Of a stretch of DNA of 64,000 nucleotides, positions 9,651 to 18,393 are shown one piece after another. Location: positions 1,920,001-1,984,000 of the forward strand of contig OY969696.1 in the NCBI GenBank assembly GCA_963702005.1. The letters are read 5' to 3'. Position 1 is the first letter of the stretch, and the number at the start of each line of letters is the position of its first letter. Made by a program: the position numbers and the translations under genes. The notes under the pieces are model-generated. The model did no database searches. It worked only from the letters and a program-made list of their open reading frames with translations, and had not been told where the DNA came from. The stretch comes from Candidatus Aminicenantes bacterium (GTDB lineage: Bacteria; Acidobacteriota; Aminicenantia; Aminicenantales; JAFGBC01).

Positions 9651-10649
9651 ATGGGGGAGAACATTCCCTTATTATGTCCGGCCTGCCAAGGCGCTTTGGC
9701 CGCGCGGGATGCGGCCTGGAGCTGCGCGTCCTGCGGCCGAACGTTCGGCTGCGGAGGGGGGATATCTCTCCTCTTCCATCCAAACGACTGGGACGCCTCC
9801 AAAGGGGACGTGACGGACACGATCAAGTGCTTTTACGAAGAGACGCCCTTTCCCAACTATGAGGAAACCGATTCCGTCTGGCGGCTCAAGGAAAAAGCCG
9901 AGAAGGGCGTCTTCGCCCGCCTCCTCGACGAGCAAATTCCGGCCGGCGCCCGCGTCCTCGAGGCCGGCTGCGGGACCGGGCAGCTCAGCAATTTCCTGGG
10001 GATCCGAACCGGCCGGACCGTCTTCGGGACCGACCTCTGCCTCAACTCCCTGAAGCTTGCCGAAGGTTTCAGGGTCCGGAACCGGCTCGACAACGTCCGC
10101 TTCATCCAGATGAACCTGTTCCGGCCGGTCTTCGCGCCGGCGTCTTTCGACGTCGTCATCTGCAACGGCGTTCTTCATCACACCAGCGATCCGTTCCTCG
10201 GCTACCGGACCCTGGCCGGACTTGTCAAGCCGGGAGGCGTCATCATCATCGGCCTCTACAACACCTGGGGACGTCTCACGACCGACTTCCGCCGCTGGGT
10301 CTTCAAGGTGACCGGGAACCGCTTCCAGGCCCTGGACCCGCGTATCCGCAAGGATCCGACCAACGCCCTGCGCAAGAAGACCTGGTTCCTCGATCAGTAC
10401 AAGAATCCCTACGAGTCCAAGCATGCGATCGGCGAAGTCCTGGGCTGGTTCGATCAAACGGGCGTCGCTTTTCTGTCCAGCATTCCCAAGGCCGTGGCCT
10501 TCGAGACGTTTTCGGGCGAGGAGAAGCTCTTCGAGGAACACGCCCGGGGGTCTCGTCTCGACCACGCCCTCGTCCAGCTCGGGATGCTCTTCAGCGGAGG
10601 CCGCGAAGGCGGCTTCTTCATCATGATCGGGCGGAGGCGGGCCGCTTAA
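9651..10649 (+). CDS. Class I SAM methyltransferase with N-terminal Trm112-like Zn ribbon
   Basis: CPAC..CASC, VLEAGCGTGQ, FDVVICNGVLHHT. Confidence 0.88.
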   Translation: MGENIPLLCPACQGALAARDAAWSCASCGRTFGCGGGISLLFHPNDWDASKGDVTDTIKCFYEETPFPNYEETDSVWRLKEKAEKGVFARLLDEQIPAGARVLEAGCGTGQLSNFLGIRTGRTVFGTDLCLNSLKLAEGFRVRNRLDNVRFIQMNLFRPVFAPASFDVVICNGVLHHTSDPFLGYRTLAGLVKPGGVIIIGLYNTWGRLTTDFRRWVFKVTGNRFQALDPRIRKDPTNALRKKTWFLDQYKNPYESKHAIGEVLGWFDQTGVAFLSSIPKAVAFETFSGEEKLFEEHARGSRLDHALVQLGMLFSGGREGGFFIMIGRRRAA

Positions 10650-10710
10650 GCCGGCGCCAGGCCGGGATCGATCCAACGTTCCCGAGAACCGGGAGGGCGG
10701 CGTCGCGATA

Positions 10711-11250
10711 ATGAAGGAGCAGAATATGACCGACTACTCGAATCGCATCCCCGAAATTCATCCCCGCTCGTTCGTCGCGGATGGGGCCCGGCTCATCGGC
10801 CGGGTCGTCCTGGCCGAGGGGGCGAGCGTTTGGTACAACGCCGTCGTGCGGGCCGACATCGCGGACATCGTCGTCGGCGAGGACTCGAACATCCAGGACG
10901 GGTGCCTTGTTCACGTCGACACCGGATTGCCGACCGTGATCGGCCGGGGCGTGACGGTCGGCCACGGCGCCGTCCTCCACGCCTGCACGATCGGTGACAA
11001 TGCCCTGATCGGGATGGGCGCGATCATCCTCGACGGCGCGGTCGTTCCGCCCGATTCGATCGTCGCGGCCGGGGCGCTCATCCCTCCCAATAAAACATAC
11101 CCGGCGGGGTCGCTCATTATCGGCTCGCCGGCCGTTGTCGCCCGGAAGCTCAGCGAGGCCGAGATCGCCCGGAACCGGGAGAGCGCCCGCCACTACCGCG
11201 AATTCTGGGAATCTTACCTCAAGCACGGCATCGGCCGGTTTCCGCGCTAG
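10711..11250 (+). CDS. Gamma carbonic anhydrase family protein
   Basis: Hexapeptide repeats, SNIQDGCLVH, TVGHGAVLHAC, IGMGAIILD. Confidence 0.93.
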   Translation: MKEQNMTDYSNRIPEIHPRSFVADGARLIGRVVLAEGASVWYNAVVRADIADIVVGEDSNIQDGCLVHVDTGLPTVIGRGVTVGHGAVLHACTIGDNALIGMGAIILDGAVVPPDSIVAAGALIPPNKTYPAGSLIIGSPAVVARKLSEAEIARNRESARHYREFWESYLKHGIGRFPR

Positions 11251-11318
11251 GCCCGGCCGTCTTAAATCATTGGATTTCGCTTTTATCTTCAATGTAGGAT
11301 AATTAGATTATAGGTGCC

Positions 11319-11459
11319 ATGTCGAAGAGGAATGTCCTGAAAAAACCTTTGATGTCGGTCGCCGCATCTTGCTTCCTCGTCCCGCTGGCGGTTTGTTATC
11401 CGGCTTCCCCGGCGGCGTCTGCCGGCGCAGCTTCTAGTGCCGGAGGCCTGCATGCATGA
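11319..11459 (+). pseudogene. 46-codon mini-ORF, essentially a signal peptide (probable gene remnant)
   Basis: MSKRNVLKKPLMSVAASCFLVPLAVCYPASPAASAGAASSAGGLHA*; stop overlaps the start of the next gene. Confidence 0.35.
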
Positions 11460-14265
11460 TATGAGGTCGGCAAGCGCGATCGGGATCCTGGCCGCGGCCT
11501 TATGCATATTGGCGACGGCTGAGGCGTCGAACCAAAACGGCCCTCCGGGCGGGGGCCGCTTGGACAAGGGACTTTTCGCGCTGGCCTATGACACCCGCGG
11601 GATCACGTCTCTTTCGACGCCTTCGGATCCCTACCGGGCTGAATTCCTGGCCCCGGGCGGACGCTTGGGGGAGGCGGTCGTCAAATACAGGATCGGGAAC
11701 GGCGACTGGCTCGATCTCTATACGGAAGAAAGGACGCTCTCGGCGGATCCTGCCGCCAGTGTCCTCGTCTACGCGGACGACGTCAAGGGCGCGCCCCTGA
11801 AGCTCGTCCAACGCTTCTCGACCGACGGCGTCAAGCTCGACTGGGACATTGAAATTTCGGCAAACATGGATTTTCCGGTGACGATCGGCGACCTGGCCGT
11901 GACCATCCCCTGGCGCCTTCCGTTCGGCGAAGATCCCCTCGAGATATTCGAGAAGGCCTGGACCAAGCACCAGTTCATTTCCGGCCACGGATCGTTCATC
12001 TATTTCGTCAAGCCCAACGGCGAGCCTCCCTACCTCATCATGACCGTCCGTCCCGAGACCAAGCTCGAGTACACCGGATTTTCCGGTCCGACCCAGGGTC
12101 CGGGCCGGGGCGCCTTCCGGGCTTATATCCATTCCGGCCACACCGGGGGGTCCGAAACGCGAGGGACCTGGCGTCAGCCGCACACCGTTCTCGATCTGGG
12201 CCCATCCGGGACGCCCAACGCTGGCGCGGCCTACGGTGTCCGCTTCCAGTGGGCGAAATCCTACCAGGACATGCGCGATATTCTTTATGACGAAGGGCTC
12301 TTCGACATCCGGGTCGTCCCGGGCATGACCGTACCCGAGGATCTTACGGCCCGCTTCGCCCTGCGGACAAAGGCCCGAGTCGAATCGATCGCGCCCGAAT
12401 TTCCCGCGGAGACGAAAATCGTCGAACGGAGCGGGCCGACCCCCGGTCTCCGCGTCTTCGAGGTCGCCTTCAAGCGGCTGGGCGAAAACCTCCTGACCAT
12501 CAACCATGACGGAGGGCGGACGACCCGCCTGGAGTTCTTCGCCACCGAGCCGCTCGAAACGCTCATCAAGAAGCGGAGCGCGTTCATCGTCCATCGCCAG
12601 CAGCACCGCGATCCCGCCAAGTGGTATGACGGATTGTTCTCAGTCTACGACATGAAGAACAAAGTCCTGCGCGGCCCGGACGACACGGATGGGTTCGATT
12701 ATTGGTGGGGCTACGTCCTGGCTTGCGACGACCCGGCCCTGTGCAAGGCGCCCTTCGTCGCCTCCAAGAACGTCCGTTTTCCGGACAAGGCCGAGATCGC
12801 GGCCGTCGAATACTACCTCGAACATTTCGTCTGGGGCGGGTTGCAGAGAACCGACAAGGAGTCGCCCTATCCCTATGGGATCCACGGCGTCCCGAACTGG
12901 AAGGTCGCCCGCGATCGATCTCTACGCGCCGGCATCGAAAACCGCAATCTCGACAAGGTTAAAGCCTGGCGCTCCTATGATTACCCGCACTTGATCATGC
13001 TCTATTACCATATGTACGAGATTGCGAAAAAATATCCCGGCCTGGTCCGCTATCTCGACGCCGCCGGCTACCTGGAACGCGCCTGCCAAACCGCCCGGGC
13101 CTATTTTATTTTTCCTTACGAAATCCTGCCCTGGTATGAGACTTATAAATGGGGCTGCTACAACGAGCTGGTCATCCTGGACCTCATCGCCGCGCTTGAG
13201 AGGGAGGGCCGCCGGGACGACGCCGACTGGCTGCGGGCCGAATGGGAGAAGAAGGTCAAATACTTCGTCTATGACGACAAATACCCGTTCCGATCTGAGT
13301 ATGCTCTCGACCGGACGGCCTTCGAATCCAGCTACGCCCTGGCCAAATACGGCGCGACCCGCGACATGAAGCCGGACTCGAACCTCTGGTTCGACAAGAG
13401 GCTTCAGAAATGGCACTCCCACCCGTCCGTGAGACGGGAAGACTCCCGGGCTTTCATGGACCGTCAGCTCATGGCCGGCTTGGCCGTCCGGGGCTGGCTG
13501 GAAACGGCCTATTATCTGTTGGGCGCCGATTTCACGGCGAGCTCCGACATGGGATCCATGAGCTACATGGCTGCTATGGGCGGCTGGGGAATTCTGGATT
13601 ACGCCGTCCATTTTGCCCCCGAGCCCCGGGATTGGCTGCAACTCGGATACGCGTCCTACCTTTGCTCCTGGGCCCTGATGAACACCGGCCGGCCCGAGAC
13701 GAATTACGGCTTCTGGTTCCCGGGCAAGGAGAATGACGGCGCCGCGGGCTGGCAGTTCATGACGGCGAAATACGGGTGGGCCTGGATCCGCAAGGACGTT
13801 CCGCGCGGGCCCTGGCATTACGACGGCGAAATCGACCTCGGCTTCGGCGCCGGCCTGAGAATGGCGGCCACGATTGTGACCCGCGATCCGGCCTTCGGCT
13901 GGATAGCCTATGGCGGGACTTTGGCCGAGAAGGGCAGGAGCCTATCCATCGTCCCCAAAGACGGTCTGCGGCAGAGGTTCTACGCGGTCCTGGACGACAC
14001 CCGCATTCGCATAGAGCTCGACCGGGACGGCTTTGCGGCCGGAAAAGCCATCGTCACGGACAGGGATTTCAAGACGATCAAGTTCGTGCTCGAGAACCGC
14101 ACGAACGACGCTCATACGACGGGAATTCTCGTCGCCGTTCCGAAAGGGCGGGCCTGCCGTGTTTTTCAGGACGGGAAAAAGCTATCGACTGTCCCGGCGG
14201 GGACCGAAGCCGTTATCGCTCTCAGGCTGAGCGGGGAGACCTCGGCCATAGAGATCAGTCTTTAG
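11452..14265 (+). CDS. DUF5695-family secreted putative glycoside hydrolase
   Basis: Signal peptide, ~940 aa, HQFISGHGSF, RSYDYPH, SEYALDRTAFES, DGEIDLG motifs. Confidence 0.72.
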   Translation: MHDMRSASAIGILAAALCILATAEASNQNGPPGGGRLDKGLFALAYDTRGITSLSTPSDPYRAEFLAPGGRLGEAVVKYRIGNGDWLDLYTEERTLSADPAASVLVYADDVKGAPLKLVQRFSTDGVKLDWDIEISANMDFPVTIGDLAVTIPWRLPFGEDPLEIFEKAWTKHQFISGHGSFIYFVKPNGEPPYLIMTVRPETKLEYTGFSGPTQGPGRGAFRAYIHSGHTGGSETRGTWRQPHTVLDLGPSGTPNAGAAYGVRFQWAKSYQDMRDILYDEGLFDIRVVPGMTVPEDLTARFALRTKARVESIAPEFPAETKIVERSGPTPGLRVFEVAFKRLGENLLTINHDGGRTTRLEFFATEPLETLIKKRSAFIVHRQQHRDPAKWYDGLFSVYDMKNKVLRGPDDTDGFDYWWGYVLACDDPALCKAPFVASKNVRFPDKAEIAAVEYYLEHFVWGGLQRTDKESPYPYGIHGVPNWKVARDRSLRAGIENRNLDKVKAWRSYDYPHLIMLYYHMYEIAKKYPGLVRYLDAAGYLERACQTARAYFIFPYEILPWYETYKWGCYNELVILDLIAALEREGRRDDADWLRAEWEKKVKYFVYDDKYPFRSEYALDRTAFESSYALAKYGATRDMKPDSNLWFDKRLQKWHSHPSVRREDSRAFMDRQLMAGLAVRGWLETAYYLLGADFTASSDMGSMSYMAAMGGWGILDYAVHFAPEPRDWLQLGYASYLCSWALMNTGRPETNYGFWFPGKENDGAAGWQFMTAKYGWAWIRKDVPRGPWHYDGEIDLGFGAGLRMAATIVTRDPAFGWIAYGGTLAEKGRSLSIVPKDGLRQRFYAVLDDTRIRIELDRDGFAAGKAIVTDRDFKTIKFVLENRTNDAHTTGILVAVPKGRACRVFQDGKKLSTVPAGTEAVIALRLSGETSAIEISL

Positions 14266-14761
14266 TTTTATAAGCCCGGCCGATACCGACATATCCGCGT
14301 GTTTGGCCTTCATAGATTTCCTGCTGGATATCGTCCAGGACCATGAGATCGCCGCCCAGCCGGGCCGTTTGGTTGCGCAGGTCGTTTTTCACGTAGTCAA
14401 GTTGGCCGTGAATCCCCGTATGAATATCTCTTAAAAAAACAGCATCCTCGGGCGCTTCTGCGTGGATCAAGATCTGGACCCGCTCTCCACCCGGTGTCAG
14501 GGTATATTGGATCCTGTCGTGCTTAGCTTTGAAATGGGCATAGGCGACGACGGCGGCTACGACGACGACCGCCCCTACGATAAAAGGCGTAAAAAAGGAT
14601 GCCGAATCTATCTGCATTCCCGGATCCGGCCAGGGAGAGGAAGAATGGGTTTGGTATCCCCTCGCTTCCGAAGGCTGAGTCCGCACTCCCACTCCGCCGC
14701 ATCCGACTTGAAAGAAGACTCCCAATGACAAGACGAGAACCAGGGATAGTATTCGTCTCAT
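14255..14761 (-). CDS. Lipoprotein-like protein with DUF4156-like C-terminal domain
   Basis: Lipobox-like QVGC, extra TM segment, LTPGGERV and NDLRNQTARLGGD. Confidence 0.55.
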   Translation of the reverse strand: MRRILSLVLVLSLGVFFQVGCGGVGVRTQPSEARGYQTHSSSPWPDPGMQIDSASFFTPFIVGAVVVVAAVVAYAHFKAKHDRIQYTLTPGGERVQILIHAEAPEDAVFLRDIHTGIHGQLDYVKNDLRNQTARLGGDLMVLDDIQQEIYEGQTRGYVGIGRAYKTKD

Positions 14762-14875
14762 TTTTGGCTTCCTCTGATCTGTCAAGATGCAAATAGTATG
14801 CCAGGCTCTACCCAGCCAAAACGGACGCCCCCCGCTCTTCCGATGTCCTCCGGTTGGGACAGATGTCCGAGCTTC

Positions 14876-15742
14876 TTATTTCCAGACGGCCACGGCGGGC
14901 AGGACCTCTTCCCGGACGAACCTATCAAACACTTCGGGGGATGGCGTCAAATCATTAGGGATTTGCCACATTTCTTTCAATGCCGCCATCGAGGCCAATA
15001 GAAAATAGGTGCGCGGGCCGTCTTTCCAGAGATATGCCCTGAAAACATAGGGAATCTCATATTCCTTGCCGCCGACCTGCGCCGCGTACGTATAGACCCC
15101 GTTGCCGATGAGGCGCCCCTCCTCCAAACGGACTTCTTCAAGTCGTATTTCTTTGATATTCAGGGTCAACCCTTCGAGTTGGATGGGATTCTGCCGGAGC
15201 TTATTCAGGGAGAATTCCATAAGCTCACGGGTTATGGCCAGGTCGGATTGGCACCAGGCTAATTCGATGTGTTTTTCGGAGGTCGTGAGCAGGGTCCAGA
15301 GGGTCCCATTGGTCGGTGTCATTCCCGTTGGAAACCATTTGGGACTCGGGAATTCCCGGCTGCGCCAATCCTGCGGAATTCGAAAAGAAAGATTGAATTT
15401 GTCCGATTTAACCTCCTGGGTCAGCAGCGGATTATCGACGCTGATCGTCTGACCATGGCAACACGTCGTCAAGGCGATCTGACGTTGGAGGTCGAGGAAA
15501 GCGATCGGCGTCCCCCTGGCTTGGTTAATATTGGTGTCGACGATGAATTGCCGGCCGGTTTGGGGGCAGTTCCAAACGATAAAGACCGTTCGGACGGTCC
15601 CGTTATAGATGGTGCCCTCGACGAAACAGGCCAGATGGCCGTCCACGGTCAGCTGACCCTCGTTCCCGGTTAGGGTGAAGGGCATGTTCGGGCCCCAGAA
15701 AGAAAGCAGCAGCTTGCGGGCTTTCTCGAGCGAAACCTCCCG
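14876..15742 (-). pseudogene. Hypothetical protein, apparently 5'-truncated
   Basis: Frame stays open upstream of ATG 15685 (REVSLEKARKLLLSFWGPN-MPF) until it meets a hairpin and stop; no RBS before ATG 15685. Confidence 0.5.
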
Positions 15743-15836
15743 CTAATATACGGGATCAGCGGGCCTAAGGTCGAATTTCGGAGTTTGGAGCCATCAGGAA
15801 TCCGTGGGATCGATTTCGGCTTTGGGCGGGCCGTCC

Positions 15837-16331
15837 TTAAATCTCATAGCATTCCACGATTTCACCGAAGTAGAGCGTGTGGTAATCTTTCTGGGGATAA
15901 AGCTTTTGATATTCCGGGGCTAAATATTTCGGGTCCATGGGAGCCTTAAAGACGATCCTGCATTCAAAATGGATTCCCGGGATCCGGATGATGGGCGACA
16001 GTGTTTTTTGGGCTGAAGCCGGTTCCAAACCGCATTCTTTATATTTATCATGTGTTCGGCCAGACTGGGTCCCGCAAAACGCGAGCTCATCCTTGAGGCC
16101 GCTTTTGGGAATCGAGACGGTGAAATCCGCCGCCCTTTCCATGATTCCGAAAGTGAACCTGGAGTTGCGGACGGCAACCATGAAAATCGGCTTTGACCAG
16201 ACAACGCCAATGGTCGCCCATCCGATCGTCATGGTGTTGAGCCGGTTTTCAGCCTTGGCCGTTAAAAACGCCCCTTTTTCTATCTGGGTCATCGCCTTTT
16301 CGGCGATACTCATGGAGTCCAAACGCTTCAT
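15837..16331 (-). CDS. Flavin reductase-like (flavoredoxin) protein
   Basis: NTMTIGW, VAVRNSRFT, FCGTQSGR..DK, HTLYFGEIV. Confidence 0.9.
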   Translation of the reverse strand: MKRLDSMSIAEKAMTQIEKGAFLTAKAENRLNTMTIGWATIGVVWSKPIFMVAVRNSRFTFGIMERAADFTVSIPKSGLKDELAFCGTQSGRTHDKYKECGLEPASAQKTLSPIIRIPGIHFECRIVFKAPMDPKYLAPEYQKLYPQKDYHTLYFGEIVECYEI

Positions 16332-16524
16332 CTTCAGCTCCTTTTCCGCCGCGCTTTCGGAGTGAACGTCCTTGGCCTCGGTCGGCATCGTTCCATGGAC
16401 AGGGATGTTAAATCGTCGGGCGAAGGGATGTCAAGAAGGCTTTCCGGCCGCCGCTTGTTTTGCCGCGATCGGTTTTGTTAAAATGACGGAAACGACGTCA
16501 ATCAAAGCATAAGGGAGGAAATCG

Positions 16525-16614
16525 ATGAAGCTATTCAGAACCCTCGGCCGCATTCAACGCGGCACCTTCGCCGACAAGAAGAGGGTCGGGCCACAAATAT
16601 GGCCCGACCGGTAA
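16525..16614 (+). other. 29-codon mini-ORF overlapping a structured palindrome
   Basis: GGGAGG RBS; MKLFRTLGRIQRGTFADKKRVGPQIWPDR*; contains the perfect stem GGTCGGGCCA-caaata-TGGCCCGACC. Confidence 0.4.
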
Positions 16615-16673
16615 CCTTCGGGGCTCTTCGTTCGTATTATTAATTATATGCAAGAACACGAAAGGAGAGGTTT

Positions 16674-16934
16674 ATGCTAAGGCGTGATTTTCTCAAAGGG
16701 AGCCTTGCCGGCCTGGCCGCCTCGGCCTTGCTTCCGGTCTTGAACAAAGATACCTACGGCGTGGACGATCCCGACCCGAGCGACTCCGCGCTCTGGCTTC
16801 ATGGTTCGCCCTACCTTGGGCATTCGGATTTCAGGCGTGACTTTCGGGGCCTGACCCCCGACAAAGCGCGCCTGGAAATCGTCCATTTCAGGACCGCCGA
16901 ACCTTGGCGGAGAAAGATCCTATTCCGAATCTGA
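16674..16934 (+). CDS. Small Tat-signal protein upstream of tldD
   Basis: AAGGAGAGG RBS; MLRRDFLKGSLAGLAASALL twin-arginine motif; 86 aa. Confidence 0.75.
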   Translation: MLRRDFLKGSLAGLAASALLPVLNKDTYGVDDPDPSDSALWLHGSPYLGHSDFRRDFRGLTPDKARLEIVHFRTAEPWRRKILFRI

Positions 16935-16944
16935 GGAGAGACGA

Positions 16945-18393
16945 ATGAAAGACCTGGCATCTCTCGCCCTGGATACGGCCCGTTCGCACGGCGCTTCGTA
17001 TGCGGACATCCGAATCTGCCGCTACCGGAATCAATATATTTTTGGCCGGGACATGCGCATTGAAACGACGGCGGACACCGAGGAAATAGGTTTCGGCGTT
17101 CGGACCATCGTCAACGGCGCCTGGGGATTTGCCTCGAGCTATCGCTTAGACCGCGAGGAAATCCAGCGGATCGCCGGCCTGGCTGTGGACGTCGCCCGGG
17201 CGAGCGCGCGGTTGCTAAAGCAGCCCGTCGAGCTCGTCCCGGAACCGGCCTACCAGGACCACTGGCAATCCCCCATTCAAAAGAATCCCTTTAAGATCCC
17301 CATGGAGAAGAAGATCGAGCTTATCCTCAAGATCAATGAGGAAATGCTCAAAGTGACCGGGATCAAGGTGGCGACGTCCTTCCTGAACTTCAACGAAATC
17401 TGGAAATACTTCGCCTCGACCGACGGTTCGTTCATCGAACAGGACCTGTTTTTCTGCTACCCGAATTTTACCGCGGTCGCCGTCGGCGCCGGGGATTCGC
17501 AAACGCGCTCCATCCAAGTCCCGCCCGAGCAGAAGGGCTATGAAATGATCGAAGCCGTCAATTGGATCGAACGGGCTCGGCAGGCGGCCAAGGAAGCCGT
17601 CCAGAAACTCAAGGCCAAGGAAGGACAGGCGGGCAGGAAGGACGTCATCCTCCTGCCCTCTCATCTCTGCCTGACCATTCATGAGAGCATCGGCCATGCA
17701 ACGGAGCTTGACCGGGCCCTGGGCTGGGAAGCCGACATGGCCGGGACGACCTTCGTTACGCCCGACAAGCTGGGGACTTTGCGCTACGGCTCGCCCCTGA
17801 TGACGATCGTCGGCGACAAGCTCCTGCCCAACGCCCTGGCTACGGTGGGATATGACGACGATGGGGTTAAGGCCCGGCGGTTCCATATTATCAAGGACGG
17901 CATCTTTACCGCGTACCAGACGACCCGCGAGCTGGCCCGCTTCGTCAAGGACAAAGAATCGAACGGCTGCGCCTACGCCGATTCCTGGAGCTCGTTTCCG
18001 TTGCAGCGCATGCCCAATATCTGGCTCAAGGCGGGGGACAAGCCCCTAACCCTCGACCAACTCATCGCGGATACGCAGGATGGCCTGCTTTTCGACGGGA
18101 CGGGAAGCTTCAGCATCGATCACCAGCGGTTTAACTTCCAGTTCGGCGGAGACGCCGTCTGGGAGATCAAGGACGGCAAGCGGGGCGATATGGTCAAGAA
18201 CGTCGCCTACCAATCAAAGACGACGGACTTCTGGGGGTCGCTCGATGCCGTGTGCTCCCAGGAAGCCTGGGAGAATTGGGGCGTCTTTGGCTGTGGCAAA
18301 GGAGAGCCCATGCAATCGGCTCGGATGGGCCACGGCAGCGCTCCCAGCCGCTTCCGCCAAGTCAATATCGTCAGCGCGGGAGGGAAGATATGA
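16945..18393 (+). CDS. tldD: TldD metalloprotease
   Basis: GASYADIR, GFGVR..VNGAWGFA, HESIGHATELD (HExxxH), QRMPN, CGKGEP.Q. Confidence 0.93.
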   Translation: MKDLASLALDTARSHGASYADIRICRYRNQYIFGRDMRIETTADTEEIGFGVRTIVNGAWGFASSYRLDREEIQRIAGLAVDVARASARLLKQPVELVPEPAYQDHWQSPIQKNPFKIPMEKKIELILKINEEMLKVTGIKVATSFLNFNEIWKYFASTDGSFIEQDLFFCYPNFTAVAVGAGDSQTRSIQVPPEQKGYEMIEAVNWIERARQAAKEAVQKLKAKEGQAGRKDVILLPSHLCLTIHESIGHATELDRALGWEADMAGTTFVTPDKLGTLRYGSPLMTIVGDKLLPNALATVGYDDDGVKARRFHIIKDGIFTAYQTTRELARFVKDKESNGCAYADSWSSFPLQRMPNIWLKAGDKPLTLDQLIADTQDGLLFDGTGSFSIDHQRFNFQFGGDAVWEIKDGKRGDMVKNVAYQSKTTDFWGSLDAVCSQEAWENWGVFGCGKGEPMQSARMGHGSAPSRFRQVNIVSAGGKI

